From assembly GCA_963729895.1 (NCBI GenBank), contig CAVSQB010000030.1:21071-85070 (forward strand): 64,000 nucleotides of DNA, written 5' to 3'. Under the pieces are notes generated by a model, which was given only the letters and a program-made list of their open reading frames with translations, made no database searches and was not told where the DNA came from. A program made the translations under genes and the position numbers. Source of the DNA: an uncultured Fibrobacterota bacterium. Its GTDB lineage: Bacteria > Fibrobacterota > Chitinivibrionia > Chitinivibrionales > FEN-1185. This document shows, piece after piece, positions 52,175 to 61,217 of the stretch; position 1 is the stretch's first letter; each line of letters begins with the position of its first letter.

Positions 52175-52423
52175 ACTTTGTGTTTGTTTTGTTTGGAAAT
52201 TGGCAATGAAATAGGATAAAGAAAATAATAATCTGGATGGCTGAGCCGGGTGACCCCCGAGAAAGTTTATTTGCGAGAATCCAATCCTCGGTTGGGGGGT
52301 ACCCACGAAGAGTCGCTGGGAAGAAAAAGAAATTTACAGAATGAATGATGGCTTGTTTGTGTCACTATTTTCCTTGTGAAATAATCTTTGAACTATAACC
52401 TATAATTTAAAAAAGGACAAATC

Positions 52424-53170
52424 TTGCCACCTTCATTCGTGCAAACCATCACCTCGCAAACAATGAACCTGGACCTGTCCAAGACAATGGGCGGGTCGCG
52501 TGACGTGAGCGCGCTGTGCACCGATCTGTTTCTCATCATCATTCGCATGCGCGAGGCTGAAGACCTTGGCGATCCCGCGGCGCTACGCAAGCTCATCACT
52601 TATTATATCGGCCTTTTCGAAAAGAACTGCAAGGCCATCGGCATGGACGAAGACTCGATTGTTGAGGCGAAATATGCCATGGTGGCGCTCATGGACGAAA
52701 CGGTGCTGAGCGTTCCGGGGGCGTGCAGAGACTACTGGATTTCGCGGCCCATGCAACTTGATTATTTCGGCGATAATCTTGCGGGACAGGAATTCTTCGA
52801 CAAGCTGCAGAAAATGCTTTTGCAACCGGAGAACAAGAAGCATGTGCTTGAGGTGTATTTTCTGTGCCTGTCGCTCGGATTCGAGGGCAAATACAAAATG
52901 TTCAACCCCGGAGAACGGATCGCCATCATGGAAGATCTTGGCCGCAAATTGCGAAGAACCAGGATACGCGCCTCTTCCGATTTGTCGCCGCACGGTAAGC
53001 GTCCCGAATCTTCCGACGCCAAAAGGGCTAAAACGTTCTTCTTCCCGCTGTGGCTTTCCGGTGCAATCGCGGCCGGAGCGGTCGTCGCCTGCTGGATCGC
53101 CTTGTTTGTTATCAACGGTTCCGCGGCCACCGCTCTTCTTTCTTCCATTCAATCTCTCACGGCCCGGTAA
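52424..53170 (+). CDS. tssL: type VI secretion membrane protein TssL (DotU), short form without OmpA domain
   Basis: AKYAMVALMDETVL, W..RPMQL.YF.DNLAGQEFF, LEVYFLCLSLGFEGKY, C-terminal TM helix. Confidence 0.92.
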   Translation: MPPSFVQTITSQTMNLDLSKTMGGSRDVSALCTDLFLIIIRMREAEDLGDPAALRKLITYYIGLFEKNCKAIGMDEDSIVEAKYAMVALMDETVLSVPGACRDYWISRPMQLDYFGDNLAGQEFFDKLQKMLLQPENKKHVLEVYFLCLSLGFEGKYKMFNPGERIAIMEDLGRKLRRTRIRASSDLSPHGKRPESSDAKRAKTFFFPLWLSGAIAAGAVVACWIALFVINGSAATALLSSIQSLTAR

Positions 53171-53176
53171 TCCATT

Positions 53177-56100
53177 ATGAAAAGACTTCCTGTCTGGATC
53201 ATTGTTGTGTGGTGCTTGATTGCGGTTATCAGCATTTTATCGATTGTTGTTGGGGCGCTTGTGAAGCTGCCCGGGGTCCTGGTGTGGCTGCCGGGAACGC
53301 TGTTGCTCGTCGGAGATGGGGTGTGGATTGCGCTGCAATTGACAATAGGCAGGCCCCGGAAGAAGAAGGCCGCAAGTTTGTTCGCGGGGAACCAGACGGT
53401 TCTTGCGCGGATCGGCAAAGAAACCAATGAGGCGGTGAGCCGGTACCTTGGCGCCGTGATGCGCAAGGGACTTATGAAAAAGAGTGCGCTGTACGAGCGC
53501 CCGTGGTTCCTGTTGTGCGGAGCGCCAAAATCGGGAAAGACGTCGCTGCTCCGCGGCGCCGGCCTCAATTTTCCCCTGCGATACCCGTCGGAAAAAGACG
53601 GAATGGTTTTGGACGGGGCAGACCAGATCACCTGGTACTTTGCAAACGAGGCTGTCTGGATTGATGCTCCCGGCGCAATTATGGAAGATACAGGCAAAGA
53701 CACCTGGCAGGCCTTTGTTGCATCGCTTGCACACGTTCGTCCGGAAAAACCTGTGGACGGCATTGCGCTTGTCGTGAGTGCGCAGGAAGTGCTCAACGCC
53801 GATGACCGCATGGTCAAAGAGCTTGCCGCCACACTCCGGAGGCGGATCGACGAACTCATCGCGGCATGGGGAATCGAATTTCCCGTATACCTGCTGTTCA
53901 ACCATTCGGACAAAATCCCCGGGTTCGGTGAATACTTCGGTGACCAGTTTGTCAAGGCGCAGGACCAGATCTTCGGGGCAACGCTCAGTTCCGATCAGGA
54001 TAAGATGCTTCCCAGAATGGCTTTCGCGCAGGAATTCGGCCTGATCAGCAGGTCGCTTACCGATTTGCGTCTCGATAAGCTGTATAAGGAGAAAGACGAA
54101 GCGCGGCGGAGAATGATATGCCGGTTCGTCATCCATTTTGAGGGCATTCAGGAGAAACTGGGTGCTTTCATTACCGAGTTGTTCAAACCAAGCAGCTACG
54201 AGGGCAGGCCGCTGTTTCGCGGGTTCTATTTCACCAGTTGCCTCGAAGTCGCTTCGCGCCAGTCTTCAGACGTTCCGGCGCGGCAGGCCGAAGCCGGGCA
54301 GACCATCGTGAACCATCCGCTCAACCCGAGACGGATGCTTATGCCCGAATCGCTGCAGCAGAAAACCGAGAAGAAACCGGAGGTGAAATCCCTGTTCGTC
54401 CTGCCGCTGTTCCGCGAGCTCATGGTTCGCGGCAAGGAACTTGTCAAGACGACGCAGAAACGTTCGCGGCGCGAGTACGTGCGGCACTACTTGATAACCA
54501 CCGCGATCGTGGCAGCGGCCTGTGTTGTGGGCGCGCTCATGGCGTCGGGCCTCTCCACATCCCTTGCTCTATTGCAATCTGTAAAGACAGACATGGCGGC
54601 CATGCCTCCGGACGACGGTACCCTGCTGTCTCAGTATGCCGGGCTCGACGTGGTGGGAAAAACCGTCGCTCGCCTGCAGGGCTTTGAAGACCACGGTGCG
54701 CCCGTGCTTTCCGGGCTGTTCGGGTTCTACCGTGGCCGTAACGCTCTCGACCGGCTCAAAACTCTTTACTTCACTAAAATCAACACTCTGCTGGTTGTTC
54801 CAGGCGTCAAGTACTTCGAGTACGAGCTGTGGGAAAAGGTGCAGGGATACGGCGAGCTCGCGGGGCAGGATTACGACAACCTGTACAATACGCTCAAGGC
54901 CTACCTCTCGATGTCCGAAAGCATGACGGGGCGCCCGAAGGACATCGACACCGCGTTTGTGCGCGGCATGCTGCTCGAAGCGGTCAAGCAGGCGCTCTTG
55001 TCAACGCAGAACAGCCAGGCGCGGCTTCCGCAGCAGATAGAGGCGATCCTGTCGGAAAACGTGGGCGTGTACCTGCTGTATCTCAAGCGCCAGGCAATTT
55101 CGCCTATTCAGGAGAACCAGCGGCTGGTGACGCTTGCACGCTCAAAGCTGCGAAGGCTCCCCAGTGCGCAGGCGCTGTACGAGTCGGTGATCAACAGGGT
55201 AAGCCAGGATGCACCCTCCATTTCTCTCGACCAGATGCTCAACCGCAAGGAGGAAGGAATACTCAAGGCGGATAAGACGATGAGCGTTCTGTACACGCAG
55301 GAAGGCTGGGACAAGTTCGTGTCCGATGCCGTCGGCCGGGCCAGCAATGACCCGTTCAAGCTCGACTGGGTTATCGGATTGTCGGCCGATCAGGTCCCCG
55401 AGGAAGCTCTTGACAAGAAAAAGCTATATGCAGACATGGTGGCGGCCTATCTTGCCGACTATGCTTCGCGCTGGCTCGCGTTCCTCGCTTCGGTAAAGAT
55501 GGAGCCGTTTGGCGATCTCAACAGGAGCCAGCGGATACTTTCGAAGCTCGTTGCCGAAAAATCGGAACTGGCCGTGTTGCTTGCCACGGTGGCAGACTAT
55601 ACCGTGCTCAAGAAAGAAAGCATGGCCGACAAGGCAGGCGGTGCGGTGCTCGAAGCGGCTTCCAAAGTGCCTGGCGCCCAGGCGATCGCAAAATCGGCGC
55701 AGAAGGCCGAAAAGGAGGCGAACACAGCGGAAGGTGCTCTGTCGGCGTTCTCTCTTGGCCAGAAGTCGCCGTTCGACGACTTGGACGCCACGTTTGATCC
55801 CCTCCGTTCTTTTGCGAGATCCACAGGCGGTGCTCTCAGCGGATACGAAGGGTATCGCGACAAGATCCAGACCCTCGCCGCCAAGCTTTCGTCACTTGAG
55901 ACGCAGGGGGAAGAAAACGCGCCTTCGGTGTTCAGCGGCAAGGACGACGATGCACTTCTTAGCGCATGGAAATTTACACAGGCCGCGCTTTCCAATATGC
56001 CGGAGAACCTTGCCGCATCGCTCAAGGGTGTTCTCATGTCGCCGGTGGAAAATACGGGAACCGCAGCCTCCGCAGTGCTCACCAGGATTCTCACTGACCG

Positions 56101-56809
56101 CTGGCACAGTGAAATTGTGAAGCCATTTACGGCGAAGTTTTCGGGAAAATACCCGTTCTCTCCGCGGGGGGAAGATGCCCCGTTTGCCGACGTGATGGAT
56201 TTCTTCAGGCCGCAAACCGGCACGTTCTGGGGATTTTACGAACGCGTGCTCACACCCTATATCGTGAAAACAGCCACCGGATGGATGGTACGGCCCGTGG
56301 GAAGCCTCAAGCTTAATTTCAACCCGCAACTCGCCCCTTCTCTCGTGAGCGCCGAGCGTGTGCGCGACATGTTTTTCAAACCCGACGGTACGGTTCGGCC
56401 GATGGCAATAACCGTGACTCCTGCCGCGTCCAACAGGAACAGCGCCAAGCTCGAGGTAAACGGCCAATCATCCGATCTTGCCCCCGGTGGAAGGTCTGCT
56501 GTCGTCATGTGGCCGATTGACGCAACGCCTCTGGGAGCTTCTCTCAAGATTCTCGTGAGTTCGGATTTCACCCAGGACATTTCCTATGGCGGGGCGTGGG
56601 GATTTCTAAGGCTTGTCCAGGCCGCGCATGTCAACAAGTTGAATAGCTCAACCGTCAATGCCAAGTGGCAGGTAAACGTTCAAAATGTTACCGTAGTGGT
56701 CCAGGAATACCGGCTTCAGGTGTCGGGAGCTGATCATCCGTTTGGCGACCCGGTGTTTTCAGAGTTCAATTGCCCTACTGAGTTATTCGCAGCGGATGAA
56801 AAGAAGTAG
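53177..56809 (+). CDS. tssM: type VI secretion membrane protein TssM (IcmF)
   Basis: Two N-terminal TM helices, LYERPWFLLCGAPKSGKT Walker A, W.FANEAVWIDAPG, FPVYLLF, FRGFYFTS, third TM helix, GKYPF...DFF.P..G, GAWGFLRL. Confidence 0.93.
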   Translation: MKRLPVWIIVVWCLIAVISILSIVVGALVKLPGVLVWLPGTLLLVGDGVWIALQLTIGRPRKKKAASLFAGNQTVLARIGKETNEAVSRYLGAVMRKGLMKKSALYERPWFLLCGAPKSGKTSLLRGAGLNFPLRYPSEKDGMVLDGADQITWYFANEAVWIDAPGAIMEDTGKDTWQAFVASLAHVRPEKPVDGIALVVSAQEVLNADDRMVKELAATLRRRIDELIAAWGIEFPVYLLFNHSDKIPGFGEYFGDQFVKAQDQIFGATLSSDQDKMLPRMAFAQEFGLISRSLTDLRLDKLYKEKDEARRRMICRFVIHFEGIQEKLGAFITELFKPSSYEGRPLFRGFYFTSCLEVASRQSSDVPARQAEAGQTIVNHPLNPRRMLMPESLQQKTEKKPEVKSLFVLPLFRELMVRGKELVKTTQKRSRREYVRHYLITTAIVAAACVVGALMASGLSTSLALLQSVKTDMAAMPPDDGTLLSQYAGLDVVGKTVARLQGFEDHGAPVLSGLFGFYRGRNALDRLKTLYFTKINTLLVVPGVKYFEYELWEKVQGYGELAGQDYDNLYNTLKAYLSMSESMTGRPKDIDTAFVRGMLLEAVKQALLSTQNSQARLPQQIEAILSENVGVYLLYLKRQAISPIQENQRLVTLARSKLRRLPSAQALYESVINRVSQDAPSISLDQMLNRKEEGILKADKTMSVLYTQEGWDKFVSDAVGRASNDPFKLDWVIGLSADQVPEEALDKKKLYADMVAAYLADYASRWLAFLASVKMEPFGDLNRSQRILSKLVAEKSELAVLLATVADYTVLKKESMADKAGGAVLEAASKVPGAQAIAKSAQKAEKEANTAEGALSAFSLGQKSPFDDLDATFDPLRSFARSTGGALSGYEGYRDKIQTLAAKLSSLETQGEENAPSVFSGKDDDALLSAWKFTQAALSNMPENLAASLKGVLMSPVENTGTAASAVLTRILTDRWHSEIVKPFTAKFSGKYPFSPRGEDAPFADVMDFFRPQTGTFWGFYERVLTPYIVKTATGWMVRPVGSLKLNFNPQLAPSLVSAERVRDMFFKPDGTVRPMAITVTPAASNRNSAKLEVNGQSSDLAPGGRSAVVMWPIDATPLGASLKILVSSDFTQDISYGGAWGFLRLVQAAHVNKLNSSTVNAKWQVNVQNVTVVVQEYRLQVSGADHPFGDPVFSEFNCPTELFAADEKK

Positions 56810-56889
56810 AGAGCGTTTTTGTGAACTGTGCGGTTTTGCAATAACCCTTGTCAACAACTTCAGGGTTCAGTCGTCGCCCGGTGACGGAA

Positions 56890-57348
56890 TCAGAGCGCTT
56901 GGCCCCTTGTTTTTCTGTATTCCTTAATAATCCTCACAAAACGATAGATTGAGCTGACCGTCCTTGCCGAAATCCTGTGCCAGTTGGGGTTATCGATGCT
57001 GATTCCCCTCCGCGAAGTCTTCTGCAGCTTTTTCGCGAAATCCATGAGTACTTCGATCTGGTCCAGGTTGAGCCGGATGGCGATGCGTCCCGGCTCCTTT
57101 TCAACTGTTCCATTGTAGATTTCCACAAGGTCGGCAATTTCCTGCGTGAGCGGAATGCGACCCAGCAATTCGAAAACGAAATACCCGCGGTTTTGCACAG
57201 TAACGAACATGGTGCAGAACCGGGTGAGGTCGTCGTTGTCGTCCAGATCGTCTATCTGGATGGCAAAATCCTTCTTGATCGCACCGGTGAGAAACAATTT
57301 TTCGGCAAAATAGGATTCCACTAAGTACTGCCTGAGCCTTGCCGACAT
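56890..57348 (-). CDS. hypothetical protein
   Basis: 152-aa ORF with protein-like composition, convergent with tssM; no recognised motif. Confidence 0.7.
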   Translation of the reverse strand: MSARLRQYLVESYFAEKLFLTGAIKKDFAIQIDDLDDNDDLTRFCTMFVTVQNRGYFVFELLGRIPLTQEIADLVEIYNGTVEKEPGRIAIRLNLDQIEVLMDFAKKLQKTSRRGISIDNPNWHRISARTVSSIYRFVRIIKEYRKTRGQAL

Positions 57349-57628
57349 GGAATCTCTTTCTTAGGAAGGTACGGCGGTCCGCTCTTGGATGCGGAGAGCG
57401 GGACGGAATCTTGTTGAAAAAGATAATTGGTTCGCAGCACCCGCGCCACCAAAAGTTTCTATTGTCCAGCGCCTACCGCGCAACCGCAACGAACTGGAAA
57501 CCGTCGCGGGGGTGTTTTGCTTTTTTCTTGACCGGAGTTCATGGAAAAAACAATATTATCATGCAAGGATATTCGCATAATATCCGATTCTATATCTACA
57601 AATTAAATTCTAAGAAAGGTTGTTGTTT

Positions 57629-57835
57629 ATGGCAACAGGAGTTGTTAAGTGGTTCAATAGGTCCAAGGGCTATGGCTTCATCAAACCCGATGACGGGTCG
57701 AAGGACGTGTTCGTTCATTTTTCCGCTATTGTCGGAGAGGGTGTAAAAGACCTCAAGGAAGGTGAGAAAGTGGAGTTTGAAATCGTGGTGAATCAAAAAG
57801 GACCAAATGCGAAGGATGTGAAGCCGATCGCATGA
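57629..57835 (+). CDS. cold-shock protein (CspA family)
   Basis: GVVKWFN..KGYGFI (RNP1), DVFVHFSAI (RNP2), KGPNA. Confidence 0.95.
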   Translation: MATGVVKWFNRSKGYGFIKPDDGSKDVFVHFSAIVGEGVKDLKEGEKVEFEIVVNQKGPNAKDVKPIA

Positions 57836-57877
57836 TTATGTGATCTCTTGTTCTTGATAAATAGATTGAATGTCACT

Positions 57878-57910
57878 AAATGCCATACCTTCGGGTATGG
57901 CATTTTTGTT
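57878..57910 (+). terminator. intrinsic terminator after the cold-shock gene
   Basis: AAATGCCATACC-TTCG-GGTATGGCATTT hairpin with a cUUCGg loop, then a T-rich tail. Confidence 0.85.
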
Positions 57911-58024
57911 GTCCCTGCTCGGCCGGGCTTACGTTCCGCATGTGCATTTCATATTTTCCTGTAAAGCCGTGCGACTTTAAAGCCGCCGGCAAGGTTCCCG
58001 TCACACACGTCTTATGTGAACACT

Positions 58025-60586
58025 ATGGCGACTATTCCTCTTACGCATGCATGTCCACCGGCCGGCAATGCGTTCTGCGGGATCACGGCGCTTTTTGCGC
58101 TGGCCGCCGTGCTTGTCTTTCTTCCCGTGACCGCACATGCTGAAGTGGGCGCCGCGTATCTTCAAAAGCGATTTGCCGTTCTCGATTCCGCGCTTTTGCA
58201 CATTCCAAGATTTCCTGAGGTCCGCACGAAAGAAGTTGAGCCCGTAAACGGCCTCTTTAGAAAGTTGATCACCCAGTACCCGGAGGTCGTCCTGGTTCTG
58301 CGCACGAATGCCAAGGGCATTGTGGTGAATGACATCGAACGGCAAGGGAAAGCCGGAGGGCTGCACGCAAATGTGTCGGACAGCGTTTGGTATACATCCC
58401 CAAAGAAGTCATTGGACCCCTGGTTTGGCCCTCTTGTCAAGGAGAACAGAAGATCGTACCTCTTCTGGAGCGTACCGCTCACGGCGCACACACCTCTCGG
58501 TGGAGACCGGTTTGTTGGTGTTGTAGCCATCAAAATCGATATTTTCGACTGTTTCAAGGACCTCGCGGCGCAGGCGAAAGGTCCGTTCGAGATTCTGCTC
58601 AACGGAAAAAGCTTCTATTACCTTTCCTGGACCGACAGCATTCCATTCGACGAAACGGACGTAACCATTCCGGGAAATGTCTCTCTTGGCGTTCGCATGC
58701 CCAAAACGGTCCGAGAAAAAGCAAACCAGAAAGTGGACGTTGCAGGGCGAAACCCGCGCCAAGAAGAATACCGGACCGAATCGGGTCGGTTGGTAAAGGT
58801 GGAGCCGGCGCAGCAGGCCGACACCGACCTGATGTCAAGGACTGAAGACGCCGCTCTTCAGGAACGCGGGGAAGCAAACGGACGGCAGTCGATGCCCCTT
58901 GACAACATGTGGCTAATCCTCGCAAGCGTCGCGTTGCTGCTCGCGGTAACGGTAGGCGGAGCGTTCTTCGTGGGCCGCCGCAGGGCGCGCAAATCGCCGG
59001 TTGTGCCTCCTGACGCCGGCAGGAAACAGGAGGTGAAAGTTGACTTATCAGAAAGGATGCCGGCGCCTGACGGCCCTGCGGTTCTGCCGGCCGCGCAGGC
59101 TTCCGGAATAGTCACAAGGACAACCATGGATGCGGCCGGAATGTCTGTGGATGAAATTGTTGTTTCACAAGAGGCTGTTCCGCTCTTCGATCCCTCGCAA
59201 GACAGCGCTCATCCCGGAGCGACCCCGGAACCCGGCTTGGGCGTTGAGCCTGTATTGATTTCTCCTTCCGTGAAGGAAGAGGTCAAGAACGAGTTTCTGA
59301 GAACCATGACCGAGGCTGACAAGGAAGAACTTGCCCGTGCGGCGCGTGACGAAGTGATGCGGGAAATGCGGCCAAAGCTGGAAACCGAGCTTCGTGAAGC
59401 ATTGAAAGCGGAAATAACAGGCCAGGTTTCAACCCAGGTGCGTGTGGAGATTGAGAAACAGGAATGGGACCGCATTTACAAACAGGAGCTTGAGGCTCAA
59501 CAGTCGGTGGCGAGGCAACAGATTATCGACAAGGAAGTGCCGTTGTTTATGGATGCGGAACGCCTCCGGCTTTCCAAGGATATAAAAGAGAAAGTTGCCG
59601 AATCGGACTCCATAAAATACGAAGAAGAAGCCCGTACTGCGCTTCGGGCCCAGGTGGCCCGAAAGCTGCTCGTGGAAGAAGCGGATCGCATTCGTTCCGA
59701 AGAATTGGAAAAACTCCGTGCATCCCTGACCGCCACACTTGCCGAAGAAGAAGCCCCGAAGCTTGCAGCCCGTATCAAGGATACGCTGACGCATGAGTTA
59801 CGCCAAAAGATTGAGGCGAATGAGCGAGACGTCATTCGCGAGGGTATTCTCGCCGAGTTGAAAGCTTCCATTCGCGAGGAATTGCTTACCACAGAGCATG
59901 ACAGGGTCCGCGCATCGCAATTGGAGAGGTTGGAACGGGAACTGTACAGTGAGATCGTTGTCATGGAAAAGGAGGGCATCAGGAAGGCCATTGTGGATGC
60001 AATCACTCGCGAAGAGCGAACACGTGTTGAATCCGAAGAACGCCGTGAGATAATTGAGAACGAAAGGAACCGCCTGCTCGCAAAGGAGTCTCCTGCTTTG
60101 CGGGAAAAGATGAGGCTGCAGATTCGCAACGAAGAGATGCAAACCATTCGGGAAGCGGTAAAATCTGAGATATATTCCGAAACAGTCCAGGTAATTAGGG
60201 CAGGGCTGGAAGAAAAATACGCATCAGCTGTCCAGGAGGAACTTGCGGGCATGAAGGAGGGTCTGGGAAAGAAAGTTCGGACCGATCTTAGGACGGGCCT
60301 GCAGCAGGAATACCGAGAACTCGCGGAAGGCATTGAACAGCTGTCGGCACTGCTTGCCAAAAATGAGTCACTTCAATCTCTGGGTCAGACTGTGACGCTT
60401 CTCTCCGAAGAAAAGAAGAAGTACAAATACTTCAACCTGAATGCAGCGCAAACCGAAAGCCTGCTCGACTACCTCCGGCGCGTGCATTCGCGATTCACTA
60501 TCTACCTGGATATGCTTGACAAGAGCGTAAGAGAGTTGATGCTCAAACTCGGCAGCGTGAAAACAAAACTCGATAGCGAGGTGTAG
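58025..60586 (+). CDS. hypothetical membrane protein: Cache/PDC-like extracytoplasmic domain, TM helix, long coiled coil
   Basis: Signal peptide ending AHA; NVSDSVWY...WSVPL...FVGVVAIKID; TM WLILASVALLLAVTVGGAFFV-GRRR; more than 400 aa of E/R/K-rich helical tail. Confidence 0.75.
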   Translation: MATIPLTHACPPAGNAFCGITALFALAAVLVFLPVTAHAEVGAAYLQKRFAVLDSALLHIPRFPEVRTKEVEPVNGLFRKLITQYPEVVLVLRTNAKGIVVNDIERQGKAGGLHANVSDSVWYTSPKKSLDPWFGPLVKENRRSYLFWSVPLTAHTPLGGDRFVGVVAIKIDIFDCFKDLAAQAKGPFEILLNGKSFYYLSWTDSIPFDETDVTIPGNVSLGVRMPKTVREKANQKVDVAGRNPRQEEYRTESGRLVKVEPAQQADTDLMSRTEDAALQERGEANGRQSMPLDNMWLILASVALLLAVTVGGAFFVGRRRARKSPVVPPDAGRKQEVKVDLSERMPAPDGPAVLPAAQASGIVTRTTMDAAGMSVDEIVVSQEAVPLFDPSQDSAHPGATPEPGLGVEPVLISPSVKEEVKNEFLRTMTEADKEELARAARDEVMREMRPKLETELREALKAEITGQVSTQVRVEIEKQEWDRIYKQELEAQQSVARQQIIDKEVPLFMDAERLRLSKDIKEKVAESDSIKYEEEARTALRAQVARKLLVEEADRIRSEELEKLRASLTATLAEEEAPKLAARIKDTLTHELRQKIEANERDVIREGILAELKASIREELLTTEHDRVRASQLERLERELYSEIVVMEKEGIRKAIVDAITREERTRVESEERREIIENERNRLLAKESPALREKMRLQIRNEEMQTIREAVKSEIYSETVQVIRAGLEEKYASAVQEELAGMKEGLGKKVRTDLRTGLQQEYRELAEGIEQLSALLAKNESLQSLGQTVTLLSEEKKKYKYFNLNAAQTESLLDYLRRVHSRFTIYLDMLDKSVRELMLKLGSVKTKLDSEV

Positions 60587-60589
60587 ATT

Positions 60590-61114
60590 ATGACCGCTAG
60601 AACGACTGCGCGAAGACGCGCCATTCGCCGGATATCAGAGTGGACCTCCGCCATCGGCCAGGACTCCCACAGGTTTGAAACATTGCATTCACGAAAACCG
60701 CTCGTGCTCGCCGGAATAACCATTCCAGGCTGGCCGGGACTCAAGGGAAACAGCGACGCGGACGTTGTTTTTCACGCCGTCACCAACGCGATCTCGGGTA
60801 TATCGGGCGTCAATATTCTTGGTGACGTCGCCGACAAGCTATGTCTCGAACTCGGAATCCGGGACAGCCGCGTGTATCTGAAAAAGGCCCTTGCCACCCT
60901 GGGGCGGTGGCGCATCACCCATGTGTCGATTTCGATAGAGGCAAAGGCCCCCAGACTTCAACTGCACCTGCCTGCCATGCGCGAATCACTTTCGCGGCTC
61001 TGCTTCCTGACAATCGATGATGTCGGCATTACTGCGACTTCCGGGGAAAGACTTACCGCATTTGGAAAGGGTCTGGGGATTCAGGCGCTGGCCGTTGTTT
61101 CGGCAGCGCGATAG
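60590..61114 (+). CDS. ispF: 2-C-methyl-D-erythritol 2,4-cyclodiphosphate synthase
   Basis: IGQDSHRF (DxH zinc ligands), SDADVVFHA, ITATSGE.L...G...GI. Confidence 0.9.
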   Translation: MTARTTARRRAIRRISEWTSAIGQDSHRFETLHSRKPLVLAGITIPGWPGLKGNSDADVVFHAVTNAISGISGVNILGDVADKLCLELGIRDSRVYLKKALATLGRWRITHVSISIEAKAPRLQLHLPAMRESLSRLCFLTIDDVGITATSGERLTAFGKGLGIQALAVVSAAR

Positions 61115-61217
61115 TAAACGTTGCACTGATGGATGAAACGCCCTCCGGTGTGCTCTTTAATTCTGCAAACCGGAAGCGCTGCGAGCAGGTTTGAAATCCG
61201 GTGCGCCTTCCTCGGTA

